A stretch of 64,000 nt of DNA. Source: an uncultured Desulfospira sp. (GTDB lineage Bacteria; Desulfobacterota; Desulfobacteria; Desulfobacterales; Desulfobacteraceae). The stretch spans positions 5,440,001 to 5,504,000 of the forward strand of contig OY760175.1 in NCBI GenBank assembly GCA_963663165.1, read 5' to 3'. The notes under the pieces are model-generated. The model was given only the letters and a program-made list of their open reading frames with translations, made no database searches and was not told where the DNA came from. Below are positions 27,783-37,562 of this stretch, piece after piece (position 1 is the stretch's first letter; each line of letters opens with the position of its first letter). A program made the position numbers and the translations under genes.

Positions 27783-30086
27783 TCACCACCGGCTAAGATA
27801 AGGCTTGTAACTCTTTTTGCCATACAGATATTCCCGAAGCGTCACCGCCTGCTGAAACAGCACCTCCTGCAGGGTCTTTCGCCCGCCTTTGTGGCTGACT
27901 TCCGTCCCCAGCCGGGCCATGGTGGCTCCCGCCATTTTTTTGCAGCACTCTTTTGTTAAGAGGCCGTCCCTGCGCTGTTCAATTTTTCCACCCCTGTTCA
28001 GCATGCTGATAACTGTCCGGTCAATCACTGGTGCCCGGAATTCCTCCACCAGATCGTAAGTAAGGACAGGTTTGCCCGGCTGGTAGGAATGAAGAAAGCC
28101 GGCGGCAGGGCTGAGTCCGGCTTTGATAACAGCATTTAACGCTTGGGAATAAAGGATGCCATATCCGTAATTGAGCAGCGAGTTGACCGGATCACCAGCC
28201 CCTCTTCGTTTCCGGCCCGGGAAATTAACCTCACCGGGAAGGATATGGGAAATGAGACGCCAGTATCTAGTGGCAAACGTGCCTTCCAGCCCCATAATTC
28301 CATTTCTGAAGTTCCGGGGAGCCCGGCCTTCCGTCTTTAGCGAGCTAATTTTATGGATGAGACGTTCAAGCTGCGCCCTTTCGTGTTCAAAAGCCGCCTT
28401 GTACCCGTTGTCCCTTTTTTTATATTTTCCGTATGATTTCAACAGGGCGAGCTGATTTTTTGTCTTGCCCCAGATGAACATCCTGGCCAGTTGCAACCCT
28501 TCTGAATGATCCTTGAGTGCCACCTGTTTCTGGATCGTTTCCGCCCGGAGACCGGCAGGATGCTGCAAAACGGCAGTAATGGTGCCAAGGCCGTTAATTA
28601 TATGAAACGGAATATCCTTTTCAGCACAATGATGCAGGATATTTGTTGACACAGAAAGGGCGTGTTCTGCAACAGTGATGCCTTTCAGTTCCGAGACCGG
28701 CACTTCAGATACAATCTTTTGCTTTTGCCGGACAACAACCCGATTGGACTGAAGACCGATATAATGACCCGGGCTGAGGACAAAAATCTCGCCCCCGGCC
28801 ACCTGCTTGCGCTGAAACTGCCTCCTTTTGACATTGGCTTTTTTATCTGCCTGTTTAATTGGCTGCTCTGATGTTAAAGCCTTTCGGCCCTCTTTCCAGA
28901 TGGCCACCAGCTGTGCCTTTTTTTCTTTTCCCGAAAGACTGTATTCCGAGGCAGGCAGCGGCAGCCGCAGATGGGGCGGCGGGGTCCTGGGCCATTTCCC
29001 CTGCTTCAGCCGGTGCTGCACAAGCCGTTCAAACAGGGAGATCAGTTTTTTCTCAATGAATAGAAACTGCTCGCCGGAACCCAGGAACCCATAATGAAAC
29101 TGCCAGCCTTTGACCGATTGTTCAAGGCGGGCAAACACCTCTTCCAGGCCAAGGCGGCTATTGGGAGAAAGAAGATAACCAAGTTTTCCCAGCATTTTGT
29201 TCTGCTTTTTTTCGCTGATGCGCCGGTCTTCACCTTTAAAATAAATTCCGAGAAAGTCAAAGCCCCCGGCAAGACTCGCAACCGGTGATTTATTTTCGTT
29301 CAGCTGCAGTGACAGTTTTTGGGAAAGGAACGCCTTGACCGCGAGATCCGCCTCTATGGCCTGTTTCTCGTGCGCGCACTGTAAGACATAATCATCAGCG
29401 TAACGGACCCATCCCCATTGTTTTTCCCTGACAAAGAGATCCAGTTCATGAAGATAAAGATTGGCAAGCAGCGGTGAAATAACCTGCCCCTGCCGAACCC
29501 CCTCTTTAACATCTTTCCATTTTCCGCCCCTGGCGACAATGCCGGAACGGCACCACAGCGCCACCAGATCCACAACTGTTTTCTCCCCGCCCACCAGGTT
29601 GCTGAACAATGATATAAGCAGGTCATGATTCAACCGGTCAAAAAAGTTATCAACATCCTGACGAACCACCCACTGCAGCTTTCCGGCATTGAGATTATGC
29701 TCCACCCGGCGGATGGCACGGTAATGACCTTTGCCTTTTCTATAGGCATAACTGGTGTCCAGGAACAGTTTTTCCGCCAGGGGTTCAACAACCTGGAGCA
29801 ATGCTGTCTGCACAACTTTATCAGCAACAGTGGGCAGTCCGAGATGGCGCCACTCTTTTTTTTCATTAAATTTCGGGGTGCGGACCTCCTGAACCGGCTC
29901 CGGGGTGTATCTGCCGGCTGAAATATCCTGTCTCAGCCGGCGAAGATTTTTATGAAGGTCTTTTTCAAATGAATCAACACTGACTTTATCCACGCCGCCC
30001 AGGGAGCCTTTTTTCCTCACCCGGCGAAAGGCGCCAAGCAGGTTGGATTCATCCAGAAAGGCATCAGTAATGGTACCTGTTCTCAT
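27783..30086 (-). CDS. cas1: Reverse transcriptase-Cas1 fusion
   Basis: RT motifs LGLPTVADKVVQ, DVDNFFD, GVRQGQVISPLLANLYL and RYADD; Cas1 motifs GLEG, NSLLNYGY, GFLH and DLVEEFR. Confidence 0.96.
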   Translation of the reverse strand: MRTGTITDAFLDESNLLGAFRRVRKKGSLGGVDKVSVDSFEKDLHKNLRRLRQDISAGRYTPEPVQEVRTPKFNEKKEWRHLGLPTVADKVVQTALLQVVEPLAEKLFLDTSYAYRKGKGHYRAIRRVEHNLNAGKLQWVVRQDVDNFFDRLNHDLLISLFSNLVGGEKTVVDLVALWCRSGIVARGGKWKDVKEGVRQGQVISPLLANLYLHELDLFVREKQWGWVRYADDYVLQCAHEKQAIEADLAVKAFLSQKLSLQLNENKSPVASLAGGFDFLGIYFKGEDRRISEKKQNKMLGKLGYLLSPNSRLGLEEVFARLEQSVKGWQFHYGFLGSGEQFLFIEKKLISLFERLVQHRLKQGKWPRTPPPHLRLPLPASEYSLSGKEKKAQLVAIWKEGRKALTSEQPIKQADKKANVKRRQFQRKQVAGGEIFVLSPGHYIGLQSNRVVVRQKQKIVSEVPVSELKGITVAEHALSVSTNILHHCAEKDIPFHIINGLGTITAVLQHPAGLRAETIQKQVALKDHSEGLQLARMFIWGKTKNQLALLKSYGKYKKRDNGYKAAFEHERAQLERLIHKISSLKTEGRAPRNFRNGIMGLEGTFATRYWRLISHILPGEVNFPGRKRRGAGDPVNSLLNYGYGILYSQALNAVIKAGLSPAAGFLHSYQPGKPVLTYDLVEEFRAPVIDRTVISMLNRGGKIEQRRDGLLTKECCKKMAGATMARLGTEVSHKGGRKTLQEVLFQQAVTLREYLYGKKSYKPYLSRW

Positions 30087-30103
30087 ATGTCCTGATCCTC
30101 TTT

Positions 30104-30379
30104 TTAAATGATCGTGTCATATTTTTCCTTTTTGATGCCGCTCTGCTCTCTTTGATCCGCACATTTCCCGCAAAGGAAATAGTAGAGGACGGAATCCTGC
30201 CCGGAGTTGATAATGGCTTCAATCTTTTTTTTCAGGGGGAAAATTCCGGATTTTCGGATGCGGCATTCAAAAACAGAATAATTCACCCGGATGCCATATC
30301 CCTTAAGCAGCTTGACAAGTGCATTCCGCCTTTTATTGCTGGCAACATCATAGGCAATCACCACATACTGTTTTGACAT
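30104..30379 (-). CDS. cas2: Cas2
   Basis: VIAYDV...RR...GYGIRVNYSVFEC...DSVLYYFLC. Confidence 0.95.
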   Translation of the reverse strand: MSKQYVVIAYDVASNKRRNALVKLLKGYGIRVNYSVFECRIRKSGIFPLKKKIEAIINSGQDSVLYYFLCGKCADQREQSGIKKEKYDTII

Positions 30380-30651
30380 GTTGAATCACTCCGGCCTTTT
30401 TCTCGTGTTAAACCCGTTTCTCTTATTTTTTACGGAGCCGGCCGACTGTTTTTAAAATAATTTTGAACTGAATGGATTAAATGAAATTTATTGGGGGAGG
30501 AGGAAAATCTTCTTGAACAAGCCAGGGCACTATCACCAAAGCCTGTTAATTTAGCTTTTCAAGGTCACCGTACATGATGCATGCGTTTAAATATGCCCGT
30601 TCAGCATAACTGCCTTTGCCTGACTCACGATAAAGGCGCCTCAGGCCGCCT

Positions 30652-31640
30652 ATCTTAATCCTCTCTAATCGAGGCAGTCTTTCTGACGCAGAGGTGCTAT
30701 ATATGTTCGCGGAACGCTCTTGAAGTCTTAATCCTCTCTAATCGAGGCAGTCTTTCTGACTTGACCTTCGTGCCCGGTTTCGGCTGGTTAAAAAGTCTTA
30801 ATCCTCTCTAATCGAGGCAGTCTTTCTGACGAAAAGCCGGGTTTTACCACAACGGGTTGTTTGATAGTCTTAATCCTCTCTAATCGAGGCAGTCTTTCTG
30901 ACCAAAAGAATGTATGGCCCAGGGGATTGTGGCAGAAGTCTTAATCCTCTCTAATCGAGGCAGTCTTTCTGACTTAGGGGATTTGTCAAAAGAACGGGTA
31001 AGGCCCCATGTCTTAATCCTCTCTAATCGAGGCAGTCTTTCTGACTTCCAGGGATTAGATTTTAAAGGCTATGAAATTGAGTCTTAATCCTCTCTAATCG
31101 AGGCAGTCTTTCTGACGAAAAAATGGAAGACCGACTGTTACAAAAATATAAGTCTTAATCCTCTCTAATCGAGGCAGTCTTTCTGACCTGGTAACCTTCA
31201 TCGTATGATCAATAATGTCGAATCGTCTTAATCCTCTCTAATCGAGGCAGTCTTTCTGACAAGTTCATGGCACCGCCAATCCTAAATTGGACAAAGTCTT
31301 AATCCTCTCTAATCGAGGCAGTCTTTCTGACCACTTAATGTGTATTTCGTTGGGCTTGAGATTGGTATGTCTTAATCCTCTCTAATCGAGGCAGTCTTTC
31401 TGACAAAAAATTATTTTTTGTGACAAAAAATTATTTTTTGATACAGAATTAAGCAAAGCGTCTTAATCCTCTCTAATCGAGGCAGTCTTTCTGACTGCTA
31501 AATTAAAAAATACCTTAAATTATTTGTATTGGTCTTAATCCTCTCTAATCGAGGCAGTCTTTCTGACTAAATTCGAACATCGGGATGGTTGTAAACAAAC
31601 GTGAGTCTTAATCCTCTCTAATCGAGGCAGTCTTTCTGAC
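30652..31640 (-). CRISPR. CRISPR array 2: 14 repeats (GTCAGAAAGACTGCCTCGATTAGAGAGGATTAAGAC) and 13 spacers
   Basis: Repeats start at 30652 (one mismatch, trailer end), 30725, 30795, 30867, 30938, 31010, 31081, 31152, 31225, 31296, 31369, 31460, 31532 and 31605. Confidence 0.98.
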
Positions 31641-31840
31641 TCTGGGTATCTGGAACGCTTGTCCGGCAAGGCTTTTCAAGGCCGTTTTGCCGGACCTACC
31701 TTGTTTTCGGGTTTCGGAAAAAAATTTCACACTTAAATGCAGGCTGTTTTTTGTATAACACTTTGATTTTAAATACGATACAAAAATGCCGGACCTCTTT
31801 TGGATTTTTTGCGAACAAATTGTCAAAGATCGATAAGGCC
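31641..31840 (-). promoter_or_regulatory. Leader of array 2
   Basis: 200-bp non-coding stretch between the cas2 fragment and the first repeat; IHF consensus AATCAAAGTGTTA at 31756-31768 (minus strand). Confidence 0.75.
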
Positions 31841-32041
31841 TCATGACACGGAATACGCCTTTGTATTGGGCAGATTCCCGGTGCCGGAGAATTCAACATG
31901 CCCTACGCAATGCCTGCAAAGCGGGTAATGCCGGATGGTGTCCTCCCCATGGTCAATGAATTCTTCCAAATCGGACTGCATCTTCATAAATTTATATTCG
32001 GTCATGTTGGCGCATTCGAACACGGATTTCTGGACCCGGGT
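31841..32041 (-). pseudogene. cas2: 5'-truncated cas2 copy
   Basis: 201 bp with 14 mismatches (hand count) to 32814-33014; lacks the N-terminal metal-binding Asp strand. Confidence 0.9.
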
Positions 32042-32070
32042 CTCATCTATGTCAATATGATCTCAAATCT

Positions 32071-32526
32071 TTAACTGCCCCCCGTTTTTTCCCCAAGGTT
32101 ATTAATAGCCAGTGTTTGGATTGAAGGGATGTTCGGAAGCCTGATGTCATTGGTTAAAAAATATGTGGCTCCGGACTGAAGGGCCGTACCGATTTGGATA
32201 GCATCCGGTGTTCGGATATTGTGGGATGCCCTGAGCGTGGCAGCCTGTTCGGCAATCTCGGAGGATACATCCATGGTGATTAAGCCGGAATTCAGCAGAA
32301 TATCACGATATTCTGAAGCTATTTCTGTATTGTTGCTTCGCATTGGATGCACAAGCACTTCCAATAATGTAACGGTAGATGTAACAACCCGAAAGTCGCC
32401 TTTATCCATTGCTTCAAAAAACGGCTTTACAATATCAATGTAAACAGGGTGTTCTTCAATAAAATAAATTAAGGGGGCAGTATCAAGACCCACGGTCTTT
32501 CCTTGAAGTTTTTCTATCCATTCCAT
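32071..32526 (-). CDS. vapC: PIN-domain toxin (VapC family)
   Basis: VGLDTAPLIYFIE, TLLEVLV, IRTPDAIQIGTA and FLTND. Confidence 0.9.
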   Translation of the reverse strand: MEWIEKLQGKTVGLDTAPLIYFIEEHPVYIDIVKPFFEAMDKGDFRVVTSTVTLLEVLVHPMRSNNTEIASEYRDILLNSGLITMDVSSEIAEQAATLRASHNIRTPDAIQIGTALQSGATYFLTNDIRLPNIPSIQTLAINNLGEKTGGS

Positions 32527-32735
32527 GAGGACCTTTCCCGGTCGATGTATGAATTAACGTCTATCCCTTTCCAGATATGCTTGCCTTTGCCCTTAAGTTC
32601 CAAAATACTCCGTGATCTGTTTTTGCCGGCATTTTCACGGATCAGTACCACCATGTCTTCCAGGAGACGCAACTGATCTGCCAGATCCAGTGTCTTTATT
32701 TCGGATATGACTTGCTGATAATTTGCCTGAGCCAT
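32514..32735 (-). CDS. Probable antitoxin of the PIN toxin
   Basis: 73 aa overlapping the toxin start; ELKGKGKHIWKGID...ERSSW tail as seen in small VapC partners. Confidence 0.75.
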   Translation of the reverse strand: MAQANYQQVISEIKTLDLADQLRLLEDMVVLIRENAGKNRSRSILELKGKGKHIWKGIDVNSYIDRERSSWNG

Positions 32736-32813
32736 GGTTTATCTCCCTGCTTTTTTAATACATGTTTATTATTTGTACGCCGATTACCCAAAAGAATCAA
32801 ATCCTTCATCCTT

Positions 32814-33092
32814 TCATGACACGGAATAGGCCTTTGTATTGGGCAGATTCCCGGTGCCGGAGAATTCAACATGCCCGACACAATGCCTGCAAAGCGGGTA
32901 ATACCGGATGGTATCCTCGCCATGGTCAATGACCTCTTCCAGGTCAGACTGCATCTTCATAAATTTATATTCGGTCATGTTGGCACATTCGAATACAGAT
33001 TTCTGGACCCGGGTCCCGTACCCTTTCAGGATTTTCACTACCCGGTACCGGACCCGGTTGTCAACTATGTCAAAGCAGACCAGGAAAAACAT
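32814..33092 (-). CDS. cas2: Cas2
   Basis: FLVCFDIVDNRVR...GYGTRVQKSVFEC...DTIRYYPLC. Confidence 0.95.
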   Translation of the reverse strand: MFFLVCFDIVDNRVRYRVVKILKGYGTRVQKSVFECANMTEYKFMKMQSDLEEVIDHGEDTIRYYPLCRHCVGHVEFSGTGNLPNTKAYSVS

Positions 33093-33098
33093 GAAAGT

Positions 33099-33488
33099 TT
33101 ATTCCCCGTATTTCCGGAATCGGCAGAACCGGAATTCATGCTCCATCTTAACGGTCCCATCAGGCAGGCGGGTTTCTCTTGCCTTTCTGCCGGTGGTGGC
33201 ATGGATCGGAACAAGGCCAAGCTTAAACGCATAATTGACCATCAGGTAAGCGGCCCCGAAATCCCCCTGAATTAAGACCAGGTCTCCTTTTTTCCCCTCC
33301 CGGCCGACCCATTTGCGAAAGGGTTTGGTCCAGGACAACAGGGACTTTGTTTGAGAAGGGACCTGAGCCCAGGCTTCTTTCAGATCATCGGGCATCACAA
33401 TAAAGCGGCATGGACCAAAATGTTCTTTAGCCCACTCTTTTTGCTCCGGTGCAAGCGTGTGGTTGAATATGAGAAGAAAGTTTTTCAT
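33099..33488 (-). CDS. csx20: Csx20 (CARF-related, candidate ring nuclease)
   Basis: FNHTLAPEQ...VLIQGDFG...HATTGR...FRFCRFRKY family pattern. Confidence 0.75.
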   Translation of the reverse strand: MKNFLLIFNHTLAPEQKEWAKEHFGPCRFIVMPDDLKEAWAQVPSQTKSLLSWTKPFRKWVGREGKKGDLVLIQGDFGAAYLMVNYAFKLGLVPIHATTGRKARETRLPDGTVKMEHEFRFCRFRKYGE

Positions 33489-35737
33489 TCGTTTAACTCG
33501 TCAATAATAAGGTCTATTGTATCTTGATCCAGATTTGAACTTTTAACTGCATGGATAAAGTCGTTTTTAGGAGGCCACACTCTGATTTTGCACTGTTTTA
33601 TCCAGTAATCACAGTTGTCTTCTGTAATACCCTCATTCCCAAAAAGGTCTGCCCAGGTATATTTCAAGGGTTCCAGGTAGCGGGGAATACCGTCCGCCGG
33701 AACAACTGAATCATACAGTTTTTTTAGGATAGTATCGAATAACTCCTGAAATGCCGAGTGTGATCTGTCAATATCGTTTCCCATTTTTTTGATACAGGGC
33801 TCGATAATTGGTTTTTTCGGACTGTCCAACCCGTTTATATATTTTGCTGCAATCAATGGATTGGCACAGAATTTTTGATAAAATTCAAGAAAATCGGAAT
33901 TAAAAGCATCTGTTTCAAGAAAAAATTCTAACGCAGAATTAAAATTTTCAATCTCCTTGTTGTTAGTGTAGTAATTTTTAAGGTCATCCGGGCTTTTTTC
34001 CCTGATCTTACATAGGTAATCGTCACGGGACATTGTTGAAAAAATCTGGATACCCTGCAACTTAGAGTATTGAAGCAGGTTCTCCTCATTTTTTGCTTGT
34101 GCAAATTCGGTCAATTCCATGTAGGCAAGCTCAGAATTGCCGGAATTATTCTGTTCTTTTGCCATTGTCAATAATTCAAGAATCTGCTTGGACCCGGCCC
34201 AGTTAAGGTTCAGTTTTGATTCAATGTCTTTGACAAAAGTGCTCATATAAGTCTCTTTGTCGTGTTTCAGGCCTTCGGGAGATACTTCAATTTTTATTTT
34301 ACCAAAACCCAGGGGCTTGCCCATACCGATGGAGTGAAAAAGCTGGTCATTGTTACCGTGGAACGTAAGTGCGGAAAAAAGGGCCCCGATTTCCACCGGC
34401 CGAAGATTATGAAACCGAATTGGGCAATCAAAAACAACACCGGCATCAAGAGGAGTAAATTCTGTGCTTACGTTCTCGGCCCCCGGGTTAAAATTGACCG
34501 GGGGATTCTTGTGAACAGGATATCGTTTCCGGCCGGAAAGCTGCAGGTCCTTGGAGTGATACCCGTCTTTGCCCTTGATATAGGTCGGATAATATGAAGG
34601 TTTCGGAGAGCCAAGAACTGCATTTACCGGCGCCAACGGATTTGCCGTATCAGGCCGGGCAAACGCCGGAGAGAAATATACCCTTCCTTTTAAGAGAATT
34701 TTTTTGGTGCAGACCCCGAACATGGATTCAGCCAGATCAAAAGCTTCGGAGCGGTGATCGCCCCCGAGGTTTTCAACGGCCTGTTCGATGCCGTGCGGAT
34801 AAGGCAATTTATACAGGTACGAAAGACCAAAATGCAAAACTTCTCCATTACTATTTTTTTTAAAAAATACGGGAATTGACTCTCCGGCATGCAATTTTGT
34901 TTTCCAATATTGCCAGTCCGGAGATTCATTTCTCAGGTCTCCATCGTAATATGCATACCTGAAATTGTTGAATACTTTTTCAGATACAGGAAGAGTTTGG
35001 GAATTTTCCTGTTCCTCAAAAATGAATTCCAGATGCTTGCCTTTCCCTTCTTTCTCGTTTCTTTTGCCGGGCTGCCCAGTTACCACTAATTTGCCTTTAA
35101 GATTATTACCATTATCAGAGAATTCGAATCTTTCAGGACCTTCTCCTGCGTTTTTAATGACATTAAAAGAATAAATCGTATGGATATTGAATCCATTATT
35201 TTCCAAATCCTTTATTTTTCTTTCTGCTTTTTTATACTCAGCGTTAAAATTATTACTGAATATTTCAAAGAACTCCGTTCCCCACTTCTCATCAATACTT
35301 CTGTGGCTTATGCGTTTTGGTTCCCCGCACTCTTTTATCTCATATTTTTCAGGATCATCAGGGGACATTTGCAGCCAGCCACAACTAACACCTCTTATGG
35401 CATTCAGATATTTTTGATTTCTAAGATCCCTGAAGGTCGGTGTCCATTTGGTGACATTCCCTATTTTTGCAAAACTCATAATCTCCAGAACTGAGCGAAC
35501 CATGCCTTTGACAGAGGTCCCTGGAATAAAGTACCGGCCGTCAATGTTGGAAAATTCAGTATTGTCTTCCCCGGAAGATCCATTCCGGACAAAAACAGGG
35601 GAATGGGCCGTGAGGGTCACCCGGATTGTTCCGCTTTCACCGTCTGAAAAAGGCACATCATGGGAAATCATATCAGACCAGTCGGGGAAATAGACCTTGT
35701 CATGAATTGGTACAAAATTATACGGTGCTTTAATCAT
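33485..35737 (-). CDS. Cas7 with large insertion (TIGR03986 family) and C-terminal extension, module B
   Basis: APYNFVP, IPGTSVKGMVRS, LVVTG, KGRVYFS, GRKRYP and IGMGKPLGFG; start ATG 35737. Confidence 0.9.
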   Translation of the reverse strand: MIKAPYNFVPIHDKVYFPDWSDMISHDVPFSDGESGTIRVTLTAHSPVFVRNGSSGEDNTEFSNIDGRYFIPGTSVKGMVRSVLEIMSFAKIGNVTKWTPTFRDLRNQKYLNAIRGVSCGWLQMSPDDPEKYEIKECGEPKRISHRSIDEKWGTEFFEIFSNNFNAEYKKAERKIKDLENNGFNIHTIYSFNVIKNAGEGPERFEFSDNGNNLKGKLVVTGQPGKRNEKEGKGKHLEFIFEEQENSQTLPVSEKVFNNFRYAYYDGDLRNESPDWQYWKTKLHAGESIPVFFKKNSNGEVLHFGLSYLYKLPYPHGIEQAVENLGGDHRSEAFDLAESMFGVCTKKILLKGRVYFSPAFARPDTANPLAPVNAVLGSPKPSYYPTYIKGKDGYHSKDLQLSGRKRYPVHKNPPVNFNPGAENVSTEFTPLDAGVVFDCPIRFHNLRPVEIGALFSALTFHGNNDQLFHSIGMGKPLGFGKIKIEVSPEGLKHDKETYMSTFVKDIESKLNLNWAGSKQILELLTMAKEQNNSGNSELAYMELTEFAQAKNEENLLQYSKLQGIQIFSTMSRDDYLCKIREKSPDDLKNYYTNNKEIENFNSALEFFLETDAFNSDFLEFYQKFCANPLIAAKYINGLDSPKKPIIEPCIKKMGNDIDRSHSAFQELFDTILKKLYDSVVPADGIPRYLEPLKYTWADLFGNEGITEDNCDYWIKQCKIRVWPPKNDFIHAVKSSNLDQDTIDLIIDELNE

Positions 35738-36173
35738 TGTCTGTCTCCTTTCCAAATCCGATAAATCCGACAGGTCCAGGGACAAGGACTGCCATGCCCC
35801 CGCAGTTTTCCAGGTTTTGTTCCTGCCAGTATCGCCTGAAGTGCAATGTTCTTATTCCGGATTTTTTAAACAAAGATCCGGCCAGATAAGTGTACGGTTC
35901 CTCTGTGATGACATCTTCCGGTGTATCCGGTAACCAGGACATTCTGTAAATATGGTACTGTCCGTCAATGTGCCGGATGGAGATACTGGCATTATCTTTT
36001 GCCGAAAACAGGTGCCCTTCAATGATAAACGGGTTCAATACCGGTGTGTAAGTTAGAGGTTGATTTTGCAGGATGACCGGATGGTCGGCATCAGACAGCC
36101 AGTAATAGCCTGTGTACGTCCCTGTGGATATCAGATCCGAAAGTTGAATTTTTTCGCAATTAATATTCTGCAT
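35730..36173 (-). CDS. csx19: Csx19 (TIGR04423-like), module B
   Basis: YTGYYWLSD...PFIIEGHL...ISIRHIDG...FRRYW...GFIGF. Confidence 0.8.
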   Translation of the reverse strand: MQNINCEKIQLSDLISTGTYTGYYWLSDADHPVILQNQPLTYTPVLNPFIIEGHLFSAKDNASISIRHIDGQYHIYRMSWLPDTPEDVITEEPYTYLAGSLFKKSGIRTLHFRRYWQEQNLENCGGMAVLVPGPVGFIGFGKETDND

Positions 36174-36175
36174 GG

Positions 36176-37561
36176 CTAAACCTCCTCCCAGGTTCCATTA
36201 AAAGCACCATGGCCCCTCATGGAGCCGCCCCCCAGAGGAAGGAATCCCCGGGTTAAGTCATCCAGTGTTTTTTCCAGGGCTGATTTAATCGTCTCGTCTG
36301 AAAGAACCGCTTTTTTCACCAAAATTTTCATGCAGGGAAGAGAAGTGGAACCGGCAATCACCTTTTCATCAAAAAGTGCCCCGTCCCGGCTTCCACCGGT
36401 AAAACGGTCAATGGAGACATGGTTTAAAATTTTTGTGGACGCGTCGTCCATATAAAGGTCCGAAAAAATGACATTTCCTCTTGAAATTAATATGTTCCCC
36501 GGATCAATTAAGTTGTCCTCCTCGGACAGGGTACAGCCGAACAGCTCTCTGACGGCTTTATTGTTCCCGTTGATATGCTTTTGGATGTTGTCTGTCTGAT
36601 CAGCAAACACGCCGGAAAGCCGGTTGTAATGATACGCCACCCTGTGGGCAATGGTCCCTTTTACAGCAGATGCAGGGATCAGTACTTTTCTGGGAGAAAA
36701 AACAGGGATATGGTCCTGCCAGACAACGCACTCCTCGTATACCGGAGTGATGTCTGTCTGATCGTCACCAAATCCGGACCCGAAATACCAAAAATTTTCC
36801 GGAGCCAGTTCAAGGCGGTACTCGACCCATTCTCCACCTCTTCTTGCTTCCGGAGAATAAGGTTCCAGTCCTGCGGAATCATTCAAAGATGAGGTTTTCT
36901 TTAAATATTTGCGCCGTTGCTCCGGGTCTTTCAGATCAAAGACGTTTTCCATCCAGGATATAACGGCAAGATGGCCGAATCCCCGGCGCGTTCCTCCGCC
37001 CACCCTTAATTGCGCGTCCAAAAAAATTTGCCTGATTGTTTCCCACTGCCCGGCGTCGTCACGGTTTCCCACCAGTTCAAATTCACACTTGAACCGGGTC
37101 CCTGCGTACACCACTTGTTCATCGAATTTGCCCCGCGTTTCAGGGTCTGTCCCCCCGGTATGTGAAATTTTGACATGCTGTCGTATGGGCAGGCTTTGAA
37201 ACCTGGCGTAAAAGTCATCTTCCCAGTCAATGGGTACCAGTCCTTCGACCGCCTTCCCGTCTTTGCCCACAAAAACGGCATCACTGAAAATTAACCGGGA
37301 GCCACAACCCTCTTTTTTTTGTTCATCCTGAAATCCAAAAATCTGATTCAGATTTTTTTCATCAAGCCTACCAAAAGCTGCGCGCAGGACACCGGCAAGA
37401 GAAGACCCGGGTATGACGGGCAGGCCGTTGGCATCTTTTAAAATAACGGCGTCTGTCAGAATGTCATTCTCCCCGGAGGAGACTGCCAAGGGAGTCATAG
37501 ATTCAAGTGTAACCTGGGCTGTATATCGCAGAGGATAATCTTCAAATCTTATAGTTTTCAT
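36176..37561 (-). CDS. Cas7-Cas7 fusion RAMP, module B
   Basis: Two RAMP units: IPGSSLAGVLR...VGGGTRRGFG and IPASAVKGTIAHR...LGGGSMRGHG. Confidence 0.87.
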   Translation of the reverse strand: MKTIRFEDYPLRYTAQVTLESMTPLAVSSGENDILTDAVILKDANGLPVIPGSSLAGVLRAAFGRLDEKNLNQIFGFQDEQKKEGCGSRLIFSDAVFVGKDGKAVEGLVPIDWEDDFYARFQSLPIRQHVKISHTGGTDPETRGKFDEQVVYAGTRFKCEFELVGNRDDAGQWETIRQIFLDAQLRVGGGTRRGFGHLAVISWMENVFDLKDPEQRRKYLKKTSSLNDSAGLEPYSPEARRGGEWVEYRLELAPENFWYFGSGFGDDQTDITPVYEECVVWQDHIPVFSPRKVLIPASAVKGTIAHRVAYHYNRLSGVFADQTDNIQKHINGNNKAVRELFGCTLSEEDNLIDPGNILISRGNVIFSDLYMDDASTKILNHVSIDRFTGGSRDGALFDEKVIAGSTSLPCMKILVKKAVLSDETIKSALEKTLDDLTRGFLPLGGGSMRGHGAFNGTWEEV

Positions 37562-37562
37562 T

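Noticed and set aside
27783..30086. Group II intron, retron or diversity-generating retroelement
   Set aside because: The RT is fused in frame to Cas1 beside cas2 and an array; I saw no intron domain V or template/variable repeat pair.
30585..30651. Additional degenerate repeat beyond the array 2 trailer
   Set aside because: Only CTGAC matches and the spacing is wrong.
31841..33014. cas2 copies as a DGR template/variable repeat pair
   Set aside because: The mismatches are mostly synonymous and not confined to adenines of one copy.
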